A stretch of DNA of 51,957 bases, the filler included, from Bipalium vagum (taxonomy: Eukaryota): the NCBI GenBank assembly GCA_037834085.1. It is 3 parts of 3 records of this genome, joined end to end, with 100 filler letters (N's around TTAATTAATTAA, not from the genome) between each part and the next. Parts side by side here need not be neighbours in the genome. Positions count along the whole stretch, not along the records: positions 17,875 to 34,274 come from JBBMKC010112769.1; positions 34,375 to 51,957 come from JBBMKC010060581.1; 1 more part is not named here. One strand, written 5' to 3'. The notes under the pieces are model-generated. The model was not told where the DNA came from. It did no database searches and worked only from the letters and a program-made list of their open reading frames with translations. Shown piece after piece: positions 25,601 through 38,200 of this stretch. The translations under genes and the position numbers were made by a program. Numbering within the stretch: position 1 is the stretch's first letter; each line of letters begins with the position of its first letter.

Positions 25601-28600
25601 TTTATTAAATTATTTTTATTAGTAGTAATATTTACATTATATATTTAATATAATTTATTATTGGTAAATTAATTATTAATATAATTTATAATTATAATTA
25701 TAATAAGTATAATTATAATTTAATATAAACTTTTGCAAATAGATGTGTGATATAATTTTTATTATAAAATAAAATTTATTTATTTTTATAATAATAATAA
25801 TAATAGTAATAATAATAATTATAATTGTAAAATAAAAAATAATAATTCTTCCGTTCTGTTCATCTAATTATTATTTGTTTTTACTTATTTTATTTTTAAA
25901 TTTACTTTTCTATGTATATTTTTTAAAAAGTGAAACTCAAATAATAGGAATTTAAGCTGATAATTAATAGAAAGTAGCAATCAAAAATCCAATAATAGCA
26001 AAAATAATCAAGTATTGTTATCATAGTCGAACGTCAAGAAGGTGGCTGTCTCCTGAAAATGCAAAATACAAAACTTTTCAGGTGAAATACACGAGGTTCA
26101 TAAATAAAGTAAAATTTAAATAGAATGATATTCTTTGGATAATTATTGATCTTATATTTGAGACTTAGGCTTTGCAATGAACTGAGATCTCGACAAATAA
26201 AAAGGAAGAAAATACCGTCACTTTAGGTTTAACTAACACAATTAAAATTCTTTTTGAAGATTTAAGTACAAATAACTTGGAATCTCAAACTATCATACAG
26301 TTACTCTTAGTAAAAATTGAGATCAAGGTGGTGCAAAGTTGGCAGTGTTGTTTAAAGTGAACTTATTGAAACAAAATGATATATCCAAGGGCTCTTTAAC
26401 TTAATAAAGTTTTTAGAAAAATGTTCATAATCGTTTTATGAGACAGGTACCAAATGAGTAGATAGATAAAATCCAGCTTAATTTAATAGGATAAGGATAT
26501 TAAAGGTTTTATCGCCGTTTCATAAAAAGCTATTGAGATTCTGTAATGCATTTAAATTAAGATGCTTTTAAAATAAAGGATGGGAGTAAGAAAAAAATGA
26601 TTTCTAAATGAGACAACAGTCTAAGAGGGGCTTTCGTAAGAATACTGTTTACTGTAAACTTATTTCATCTTCACATGTTTGATTGGTGGTGATCAAAGTA
26701 TTATGAGTCCAAAGAAAACTTGGCCAAAAGTTTTGAATAAGAGACCATATTCCGAAAATTGAAAAGCGCAGCTAAGAACAAGATGGGATATCTAATTGAA
26801 AATGTTTAATTTAGAAAGAGATAGTTTAGTGTTAATTAAACAATCTTTTTCAAATACCCTAAGATTTCTCACCAGCAGCCCAAGTAAATTAAAAGGCACT
26901 CCTCTAAGATTTTATACTGTCAATATTTTACAGATGGTCTTCGTATTATTTTCGATTATCAAAGATTAATTTCTCCTTTAGGCATGATAAGAATAAAATG
27001 TCCGCTTGATGTTAAGAAGTTTTATTCAGTTTAAATAATTCTTTCATCTTAAATGTTTCTTAGTGGCACCTACTGGTTGACCTTCTCATAGGCACTAAAT
27101 TACTATTTGCTATTATCAAATTTGCTTTACTTTAAAATTTCCGTCTCCTTCAAATCAATTTTGCACTTAGTTTATTGAATATTTGAGAGAAATATTTCTA
27201 TTAATCAAGGCTTTAAAACTTTTATCATCTGATGTGCTTTTTATTTCTTAACAATTCTGATTTTAGATTCCATTGAAATACTCACTTGAACTTAACATTT
27301 ATTATCACTTCAAGTTTTATAAATGATTTTATTGCGTCGTTAATTTTAAAGGTTGATATGGTTTTATTATTAGATTTTTAAACATGTGCGCACACTTCTA
27401 TTAATTTTTTTTAGAATATTAGATGTCCTAGCTGGAAGAAAGGATCCCAGGTATTTGGAAGGAAAAGTACTAATTGATGGAAGTCCTCAGCCTAAAAACT
27501 TTAAATGCATGTCAGGATATGTCGTCCAGGTAATACATTGGCTTCCTCTTTTGTGTGAACATTAAAAACTGTTGACATTTTTATTATTATTGATAATGTT
27601 TCTTATTGTGTAATTTTTCACATAAAATTTTCTTCTGATACTTTTCATTTTAACATTATTTGGAAATTATAAGCCAAATTGTGTCATAGTCAGGTGAATA
27701 ACTTATATCGCGCATTGTAATAACTACTAACAGCTCGTCTTAGTAATAATAATAAAACAATTATTAATTATTATGAATAATTATTATTCATTTGTCAAGT
27801 ACATGTGGAAATACTGAAGTTTTTATGGTAGATTTTTTGCAATTTATAAATTATATATAAGCGGAAAGTTATTTTTCTAAAAAATTAATATTTATTAGAT
27901 TATATTGATTGTTGTGAAATTTTTAGAAAAATGAAATCATTTAATACTTTAACAAGAAAAGTAAAGGCGATGTAAAAAAAATCTAGGATTAGTGGACATT
28001 TATAATATTATATTGGTTTGTCTTGTCGAAAAGGTTCAGTATCTTTTGATAACATTTTAAATTGATGTCATAACATGAAAAGATATTTTAGAAATATTTA
28101 AGTAAGATATCGATTTTCTTGCTTTTAGAGGAAACGACGAGATTTCCAAGCGGTCATTCTTTTGGTTTTCTTTCAAATCATTTGGCATAATTTTTTCAGT
28201 TAACTTTTCTGGTTTCTGTTGTGTGATAAACACAGTTTTTCCTAACTCCACTCCTGGTTAAAATCACAGGTTTCAGTTGTTTGTTATGAAGCAACATTAG
28301 TCGACTGTCATAGTTTGGATCTTCGATACGGAACTTAAAAATCATCATTGTATTGTACATTCGTCAGCAGTCAATGATTATTTTTTGAGTTGTGTCATTT
28401 ACCTTTTTGTCTAATATAAAATATTAAAAACAACTGATTTTCCTTCTTGTTTCTCGTGATTTTCAGAGTCCAAATTCAATGTAAAATAAAAGGCTAAGCA
28501 GCACTACTAGTTATAATTAATTAATGGATATACTAAAATAAAAAATGATATTCAATATTTACTAAAGGAGTATTTGAGAAATCAACTCTCTAACATATAG

Positions 28601-31600
28601 AATAGTAAAAATCAATAAGTTATAATGTTAAAAATTTTTTAATGAAACAATCAATTATCTTAATAAATGAATAATTTATTAAACATTTAGGCTTGAATTC
28701 GAAATGTTATATAAAAATATAAATAAATTCAATAAAATGAATAACCAGAAAAATCTTTTTTTATATTTTCAAACATTCTTTTTGTTTATTTTTTAATGTT
28801 TATTCTGTTAAAATTCGGTTTTGATTCGTTATGTTTAAATGGACTGTTTAGAATTTTTTTATGGTAATGAATTTTTAAAATTTGTTAATGAGAATGTTAA
28901 TAGTCCTTTCCAGGGTTACAATTATTGTTTGGATACTTATTTGGAAAAACATGAAAATTTTAATTTGTTGGACATTTTAAGGTCAATCATTCAAAATTGC
29001 ATTTTGTAGATGTTATTACAACATTATGATCAGATCATTGAATAAGTACCGTTCATTGTAACAAATATAAAACTTTATATTTTTATTAATTTTATCTCTG
29101 AAATTTAATATATTCTATTGACATTGAAACCCCATGAAATTGGTGACAACCAATACTTGTAACCCTGAAGAGAAAATTAAAAAAAAAACTTAATATCATA
29201 AAATAAAAATTTGAATTTATTTGATTTCATCTTTAAAGTAATTAGTCCGTTAAAACAAGACAAGGTCAAACAAAATTTAATTCAATTATTCAATATTTAA
29301 TGAAAGTATTAAAAAAATTCTGGTCTCTATTTATTCGACATTAAATTAAAAAGTTTTGACTTAATATTATTTTTAGGAGATTAATGATATTATGTGCATA
29401 TCCTAATCAAATCGGTTTTAAGTTAAATTTGTTTTAGGATGATATCGTGATGGGTACCCTTACCGTTAGAGAAAATCTTAATTTTTCTGCCGCACTTCGA
29501 TTAGGGATTAAATATACAAAAGAAGAACGCAATCGCAAAGTTAACAATATTATCAACGAACTCGGGTTGACAGCGGTTGCAGAAAGCAAAGTACAAATAT
29601 TATTATTGCTGTTGTTCATTATTGTAAATTCCTCGAAATCCAGATAGGTACGGAACTATTAAGAGGAGTATCAGGTGGAGAACGGAAACGCTGTAACATC
29701 GGTATGGAACTTATCACTGATCCCTGTGTTCTTTTCTTGGATGAACCTACAACCGGTCTTGATGCATTTACAGCAGCATCGGTAATCAAGACATTACAGA
29801 AGTCAGTTTTCAAAATTCTAAGATTAATAAAAATTTATAAACTCTATTGTTCCTAATTATGCCTGTTAATTTTCTATTCTTAACTTTACCTTTTAAAACT
29901 ACTACCAGATACTCTCATTTATTTATTAGATATGGGAACTGAATTCCACTGTTTTTATGAAAAAGACTCGTTCGTTTAAAGATAAAGAAAAATTTATTTC
30001 AATCAAAATATTTTTAACTCGTTGAAAAATGACTTCTCTTTTGGATTGCAAACCAATAGATTTTCATATTTAGTATTAGACAATCTTCTGGTAAATGTAT
30101 GGTGGTTGATAGTAGTATTTTTGATCCCACTGATCGATTTAATTTTTAATGTCATGGTATGGATAATGTAAAACTTTTCTGCCAATTCTTTTCAGGATTT
30201 CTTTTGGTGCTAGTAAAACCAGCCGTTTTACCTTATCTTACTGTGAAATTAGACTTCAAATTTTTGTCCATATCAACCATTTTAATTTTTCCTGTACTTA
30301 TTCTTAAAGATTGTGTAAAATTTTAATTATTTATTACCCTCAAAATCTCATCATTCATCATCTTTGAAAGCCGAAGACATGACAACAGTTAATTCTTATT
30401 AAAGGTAAAACGGTGAAACAGGGAAAGTTAGCGCATTTTTCTTAAAGAAGAAATTCACCGATGAAAAACGCTTATGAAATCATAAATCGTAATTTATTAG
30501 AACAAGTGTGTTTTTATCGACATTATTAGGAAAATAATTTGATTTTCTTCCTTAAAAATATAAATAAATAAAAATGTATTAACTCCGTCATTTTAATCAT
30601 TTCGAATTATTTCCTCCTTTTAACTGTTGGTTTTAAAATGATTAAGGCAAAAAATAATAAATGCCGAAAATGAATTTTTTCCCTGCCTGGGATATCCATT
30701 TGTAGAGCTAATAATATGTGTATAATTAAGTTATTGAATGAATAATGGTTACATGCTTGTAGCTTAAAAAATCGCTTTCAAAATAATTATTTTTACTCAG
30801 CAAAACAAAACTAAAAATAGCAAAAATGACAAATTTTTAAAAACGCGGGAACTTATGTACCATTCTAATAATTCTATTCCATGGTTCTAATATCTTTTCA
30901 TTTAATACTTTTTCTTCTTTTTCAGTCACGGTCTAACTTTCTTGTCCACCAATAATCTTTTTTCACACAATTTCTTTAAAATACACTTAAAAGCCTTAAC
31001 TGATAGATTTAGTGGCTGTATTTTCGATGCTAAGTCTCCAGGACATATTGCAATAATTGTTTCACGTGATTTTAATTTGTTGGATTAAATCATTTTGACA
31101 TTAATATCATAAATGCTACAGAAAATCAAATAAAGATTTAATTAAGAAGAACGCTGAACAAAAGAAAATAACCGATTTCTTTTAATAAAAATGTTAAAGT
31201 ACTTTTGTCTTTTACCTTTATAAGTAACAAAATTCAAAGTTACATAATTAATTACAAAATTAACAATAATTATGAAAAACGTTTAAGTGCACAAAATTTC
31301 TTGACAAAATCAATGTGCACTTATCCCAGTTTGAGAGTATTACTAAAGTTCTAAAATATAACGTAATGTGCAATGTTTAAAATATTTTGAATTTATAAAC
31401 TATCGATAATTTTGGAAATTATTGAAGTATTTAAACAAACAAACGCGGCTTATTCGAGAATTTTTATGAAAACTGACAAATTTATAAATTGCGGTTTATT
31501 ATGAGAAGCGACTTATAACGGAAAAAAACATGGTATACGTAATACATATTCAAATGTATTTCATCTATTTTCATCTATGCCGACTGTTTCTAAGGACTAT

Positions 31601-32508
31601 TAAATAAAAAGTTTGTGAAGGTTGAGCTCAAGTTGTTACTGAATACAATATTTGTTTTTAATTAATTCGAAGTTCAATAATTCAAGTTCAACATTAATTG
31701 TTTCGCAACACTGTTTTTTAATTATTGTGAAAACAAAAACAAATATAAAATCAAAAATATTTTCTCAAATAAAATCAACTTCTGATTAGCAACAAAATCT
31801 ATATTTTTAATTACACTCTTAACATTTTAGCGCTATTGTTTTAATTACCTTTGGACTTCACATTAAAAGTAGACATTGATTTTTTCATTGTTTAAATAAA
31901 TGTTCTTCAGTTACCATTTTAAGTTGCGCAATTTGATAAACCAATTGATTATTTTTAGTAAAATTACTTCAGCACCTTTNNNNNNNNNNNNNNNNNNNNN
32001 NNNNNNNNNNNNNNNNNNNNNNNNNNNNNNNNNNNNNNNNNNNNNNNNNNNNNNNNNNNNNNNNNNNNNNNNNNNNNNNNNNNNNNNNNNNNNNNNNNNN
32101 NNNNNNNNNNNNNNNNNNNNNNTGGAAAATATATTTGAAAAAAATATTGAAGTAAGAAAGTGAGTAAATTTGACATTTAAACTTAAAAAATAATCCATAT
32201 GTTTTTCAAATAGATTATCCCGAACTGGAAAGACAATTGTTCTTTCAATTCATCAACCAAAATATTCCATCTACAAGCTGTTTGACCGATACACCATGAT
32301 GGCTAAAGGAAAAATTGTTTATCATGGTAAATCTGGATCGTCACCTCTCAACTATTTTCAGAACTTAGGTTCGAGAATCTTCCTATTACAAAATTGTGAA
32401 TGACTTGTTTAGGATATTGGATTGAGCCTCACAATAATCCGGCTGATTTCTATATAGATATTCTGAATGGAGAAGTGAAGAATGAAAAAGAAAACGCCGA
32501 CCAGCAGT
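19620..32508 (+). CDS. ABCG2: ABCG2-like ABC half-transporter, 3'-partial (N-terminal extension and NBD; TMD exons not seen)
   Basis: Exons 19620-19639, 19733-19805, 19849-20013, 20511-20893, 20949-21008, 27415-27529, 29438-29590, 29644-29801, 32214-32368, 32413-32508; phase-consistent. Motifs: [11 protein letters not shown], Walker [30 protein letters not shown], signature VSGGERKR, Walker [17 protein letters not shown] and NPADF. The first three exons are less certain. Confidence 0.9.
22050..23640 (-). mobile_element. Highly degenerate Penelope-like reverse transcriptase relic in ABCG2 intron 5
   Basis: Minus-strand fragments in PLE order: [11 protein letters not shown]...Y...DP...FLNDP (compare KADKG..VV..Y..D..Y..L..DP), FKFPKL (compare YxLPKxHK) and FPMG (compare GxxMG). 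Confidence 0.4.
28911..29167. mobile_element. MITE-like element with about 21-bp TIRs
   Basis: cagggttacaattattgtttg (28911-) versus caaccaatacttgtaaccctg (-29167). No clear target-site duplication. Confidence 0.55.
30900..31533 (-). mobile_element. pogo/Tc2-like transposon relic
   Basis: Minus strand about 30975-31060 reads [24 protein letters not shown] (DDE_1 motif IPGGxTSxLQPLDVxVNxxFK). A Tc2-type end with repeated gcg(g/a)cttat motifs, ...gcgacttataacggaaaaaaacatgg|TA, lies at 31533. Confidence 0.6.
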
Positions 32509-34274
32509 GTAAGATTACATATTGAGAGATTTATTAATTATTGTTATCACCTATTTATAAATTGAATGATGAGAACAAAAAATTAAAGTTAATAAAACAA
32601 ATTTTTTTTTAATTCAAAGAGGTGAAATTTATTATTCCTAAATGACTTTTTGTTTTAGCTAAAGTACGAAAATTTAAACAAACCACATTTTGAGCATACT
32701 TAGTGTAACTTAGATATTGATTATTTTTGTGACATTAATTTCATTCAGTTTTCATTTCGTTTTATTCAAGTCATTTTGGACCGTGAGTTTAACTACATTA
32801 TGTAACAAATGTGTTTTTAAGAAAATTAAATTGAATCTTTTTTTTAACCAATAGAAATAGAGATAATTTAAAACAATATTTTCTCTGTAGATTTCTTAAT
32901 TTTCAAGATTAAGTCATTGTATTTTTTCTTTATTTTTGTGTATCTTATTTATTATTATTATNNNNNNNNNNNNNNNNNNNNNNNNNNNNNNNNNNNNNNN
33001 NNNNNNNNNNNNNNNNNNNNNNNNNNNNNNNNNNNNNNNNNNNNNNNNNNNNNNNNNNNNNNNNNNNNNNNNNNNNNNNNNNNNNNNNNNNNNNTGATGT
33101 TAATTAATTCCAACCTGAACTTAGTTTAAGTTAAATCAATCCAAAATTATCAAGTTCTTTTCCATATAGTATTTTAACAAATTATTAGGCATTTGAATTA
33201 AGGGAGTTAGTTTCCGACACAAACAGTCCTTCAATGTCGCAAAATCAATCTGGATTGTTTATGTAGACCAATTTTCCGACTATTTTGTTTCATGATTAAG
33301 AGGATGTAAAAATGTTTTTCTGTTAGATCTGATATTATTATTATTTTTTTCCTCTTTGAAAAATATTCTTTTAATAATTTTGAAGAGAAAATTATTTTAA
33401 ATTCATTGGTTATTTAAACCCACCTGTTATTTTGTTTATTAAAAATATATTATTACATTTAACTATCATAATATTAAAAATAAAACCATTGGAGATGTTG
33501 ACACAATAAAATGTAACAGATGATTTTGTAAATATCATCAGATTCGACGTTCTATCAACATCTCATATTATAAGCATTAATATTTCTATTCAGTTATAAG
33601 TGACAAATCCATACTTCGCACCTTTTGTTTTGTAATAGTTTATATTTATCAGTATTTTCTCCGAATATGCTGAATTTTTTTTTGAATTGCTTTGTTGTTA
33701 TACACAAAGTGTGTATAAAGTAAGTATTCAATGAATTACCGTAAAATATATTCAACAGAAGAATGCAATTTTTTAACACAGTAACATTTATATATTGAGA
33801 TATATATTAAGATTTAATTAAATTAAAATTCACAAACATTCTAGTATCTTTTAATTTTGTAAATATCTTTTTCCTCGTCTTCGTTGTGGCATCTTTTTCC
33901 ATTTCAACTGTACCAAATGCCCTTTGGTTGATGTGACTGATTCCATCTTAACTATCAGTAAAAAAAATTGTATTCTTTCTTTAATTGAGAAAATTATTAA
34001 AATTTAAATTTATTGCCATTAAAATCGATAATATTGATTCATTAAAATAATCGACTTATATAAAAACTTACATTCAATTTTGGAAATTTTTTTTCCGGAA
34101 AATGTAAATTGACTGTTTAATGTTATATATTGGTGAGCACCAAAATCGGAGACTTACTTTATACATATCTTTTATAATAAGCCATTAATCAATAAATTTC
34201 TTACACTTATTTTAATATCGTTTTGTAATGTCTTGATATTCTTTGATAATTAACTAAAAGATTTAATATATATA

Positions 34275-34374
34275 NNNNNNNNNNNNNNNNNNNNNNNNNN
34301 NNNNNNNNNNNNNNNNNNTTAATTAATTAANNNNNNNNNNNNNNNNNNNNNNNNNNNNNNNNNNNNNNNNNNNN
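34275..34374. other. Artificial 100-bp assembly linker (N44-TTAATTAATTAA-N44)
   Basis: Same structure as 17775-17874. Confidence 0.95.
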
Positions 34375-34509
34375 TTATGAGAACAAATGACATCAAAATT
34401 TTTATAACAGTGTTCCATAATGTATAAAATAATTGTTTCTATCAAATAAATTTATTTTCAAAAATAATTTGTTTATTCCAGATTCATTTTTTACTAAATC
34501 ATATGATTT

Positions 34510-34542
34510 TTTTAGGTGTACTCAGACTTTTGCACGGGGGTG
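34510..34542. mobile_element. Isolated Tc1-type terminal inverted repeat
   Basis: gtgtactcagacttttgcacgggggtg|TA resembles Tc1-family termini; its partner is presumably lost in the adjacent gap. Confidence 0.45.
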
Positions 34543-35290
34543 TATACATTAAAAAGATGGATTATTTTATTAAACAATTTTTTCAGATAAAAAATCGTTA
34601 AAGTAAAAAGCTAAAACGTTTCCAGCAATCTATCAATCCTCACCAAAATTTTTCAATATGTTAAAAAATATCTTTAATTAATACATGTATTGTTTTTCCT
34701 TGGAAACTGATTATCATGAAACAAATAAACTTTGGTCCAACTTTATAATAAGACTTTAATCACAAAATGATAACTAAACGGACTACTAAGGCGAAAAATG
34801 TGATTGACAGTTGACAATATTATAATTGATCACAATTTACATTTTTCTCTAATCTTAATTAATTCCAAATGAAAGATTTTAATAGTCTGTCAAGCTGAAT
34901 TTGAAATGTTTTACCAAGTTTTCAAAAATCTCATGACTCTCATAGAATTTTCATCTACTTTTAATAATATCTATATATCTTTTTTTTGATAAATTCTATT
35001 ATTCAATATGAATTAAGTTAAATAATAATAATTTACCTATTTGTACACAATAAGAGTGATAATTATTTAATTAATTGATTAATTATATACAGCACATGGG
35101 TATCTTTTAAATTCTCTGAACGAGTTGCTCTTGATTTGGAACTAGAAGTAAATCAAACATTTCTTTCATAATTTGACATAAAATAAATTTAACTGGAAAA
35201 TATTGTATCCATATTTCGGTCTAAAAAATAATTATTCTCGCTAATCAAGCGAGATAAACTAATAAAAAATAATAAATAATAAAAAAACAA

Positions 35291-38200
35291 TCAATAAATA
35301 TTATTAATACATCTTAAATAAAAATCAAGAATTTGTCTAACATTTTTTGAAAGGTGTATTTCTTTTCTCGGATTTTGCGGAATTTTGTCATAGATGGTAG
35401 AAGACATAGGTCGAGGTCTGAGAGGGTGTAATTTTTGATGGCCAAGATAGGTGGAAGTTGAATTAACCAATTTCGTTGAATTGAAACCAAAACTATCTAC
35501 ATTATGCATGGAAATAGAAATATTTTGTACAGAACGCTGAGGTAGAATATGAAAAATATAACGATCTACATGAGAAGCAGCTCCACAATCAAGTAGTTGC
35601 ATTTCAAATATTAGCTAAATTACAAAAATTAAAATTATTTGAATAATCATTCATTAATTTAATTTAATTTAATGAATTAATAAACATGAGAATGTAGACC
35701 TTATTAATAAATTATATAACAAAGTCATCCGATTTATGAAGAAATAAGATGACTCTGACAAAGTTAAATATCACATTTTTAAAAATATACTTCACATTTT
35801 ATGTCAAAAAAAATTAATTGATTTTATTTATTAATTAATAATAAAGAAAATTATTATAAAAATAATTATTGCATCGGTGAAAATTAAATTAATATTTAAA
35901 TTAGGTAATTGTATTTTTCTTAGTTTTTCATTTTGAAATAAATATTTTATGTATAAAATGTTAAAAATGAAATTCAAAATGTTTTGAACAGTTAAATTTT
36001 AATTATAGATTAATTAAATATTCAAAATCAATTTTTAATAGATAAATCAATTATTGAATTATTAATAGACATCACAAACAAAACAAATATAAACTAGAAA
36101 AAATATAAAAATAAAAAGAAGTAAAATATTTTTTTAAAGTTTAAGAAATCAGGTCCATAAATGGAATTTTGATAAATTTTGATGGTTTTATTTTAATTAA
36201 AAATAATGTCTTACATTAAATAAATATAATCTCATTTTTAAAATATGCAAATTGATTAAATTCAAAACATTCTTTTCAAAAAATTCACATTAATTAAAGT
36301 TTATTTAAAATTTAACTTATTTTCGGTTATGTGAACCAGAGGTTTGTTCTTAAAATTAACATTTTATAAGATTAAATTATAATAATTTTAATTAATTAAA
36401 TCCATTGAGTATTTTAATATCAAATCAAAAATTTTATTCAAAAAATGAAAAATGTTTTTTTTATTTTTAAAGTAATATAAATAAAACAGGTACATTTTTA
36501 TTATATCAATGTTGACTAAAACTTGTATAAATTGAAAATATAATTCCTCTAAAATTTATATCTTATGAACTTTATCAAATATATAAATAAAGAAATTACC
36601 GAAAGATTTAAATTTTTAAGATCCCATTTAATTGGAAGGAGAAAGTGTGGTGGTGTCACGATATGACATAAAGGCTCATTCACGCAAATGCTAAACCATT
36701 CTGACCCTTCACCATTTAATTGCTGTAAGCGTGTTCTATACTGTCGCCCTATTTGAAGAGAGCTGCACATGTCAAAACCCTTTACTTGAACAATGGTAAT
36801 GGATTCAGCAGGGAACGAGGAACAAGTGAGATGGATTTTCGGGGTTTGACTACATCAAGATTATATAATGGTAAAATATAAATAACTAAGAACGAACATA
36901 ATTGAATTTTGGCTGAGGGCAATAATTTCATTATTAACATATTCATGATAAATATCACGATTATATTCTAAGTTATATTCTCCATGAATGTCTGTCATAC
37001 ATTTTTCAAATGAAACCGGATATTCCTCAGTTATTCCATTTCCATTAAATGGCGGCCATGATATATCTGTAGTGTTCAAATATAAAAGCAAAATAGAATG
37101 GATATCACATTTTGAAATTAATTTATCGAAAAATTATTAATTAATAACTTTAAACAGATAAAAAGGAGCAGTGATAAAATTTATTCTTTTTAATTTTTTT
37201 ATTTTTACAATATTTTTATAAATCCTTTGATGGTAATATATTTTTTCTTTGTTTGTTACTAAATCAGGAACATGAAATTATGAATGAATATGAGAAAATT
37301 ACTAATTCAAGAAGAAACAAGGAATGAGAAAAACTAATAAGGAAAAATAAACCCTTCATAAAATTAAACAATTCACAATTTGAAAAATAAAGTTTTTTTT
37401 TATAATAACCAACAATATTTTAATTAAATCTTTGGTATCTTTTAAAAAAAAAGTTACCAATTATTGAAAACTTTTCAAACATTTATAAGAAATTTTAAAT
37501 TCACTTTCATAAAAAATCGATTTCTTTTAAATAAATAGATCAAAATACATTTAATTATATCACTTTCTATTTGACAAAAAATTTTTACTAATTTTACAAA
37601 AATACCTGTAGAAATTTATATTAATGAAGCTTCGTTACCCTCAAACTGCAAATTTTTATTTCAGATTCAAATCGGATAATTTCAATATGAATGACAAAGG
37701 TAGACTAGGTTACCCAAAATAATTTTGCAACTTGAACCGAAATTCCGCTGAAACGGAAAATATTTTGTCACAGGAACCAAAATATCACAAATTCACAATT
37801 TCCAGATGATCATTTGAAAGAGGAAAATTTCAAAAGGAAAATGAATCACACAAAACGAAAGATTTATGATAAAAAATTATACTCTATTTAATGTGGTGAG
37901 ATATGAAAGATGTAAATTATTAAAAGAATGAAGACTAATGAACTTATCCTAAAAGCATGTAAAAATCACTAATCAGTAAATAAATGAACAATTAATTTTT
38001 CTTTATTCAAATCAATTGATCGTTCTTTGACAAATACTTATTTGCAGGCAGTCTGTCGGAAAAATAACCTTATAATAAAGTTAAATCTTGTTTTTCTCAA
38101 TTGATCAAGAAAAAGTCATCAACACATAATTAAGAGGACTTTGAATATCAGGTTTTTGGTCCAGATATTTATCGGGTTTTTAATTTATTTGATTATTGTA

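Noticed and set aside
10926-32508. TOP2 beside an ABCG2-like pump read as a target-plus-efflux self-resistance cluster
   Set aside because: The genes are separated by an artificial linker, both are ubiquitous, and no biosynthetic genes are present.
31900-33129. ORFs 31900-32163, 31911-32198, 31964-32176 and 32917-33129
   Set aside because: They are open only because they run through N gaps.
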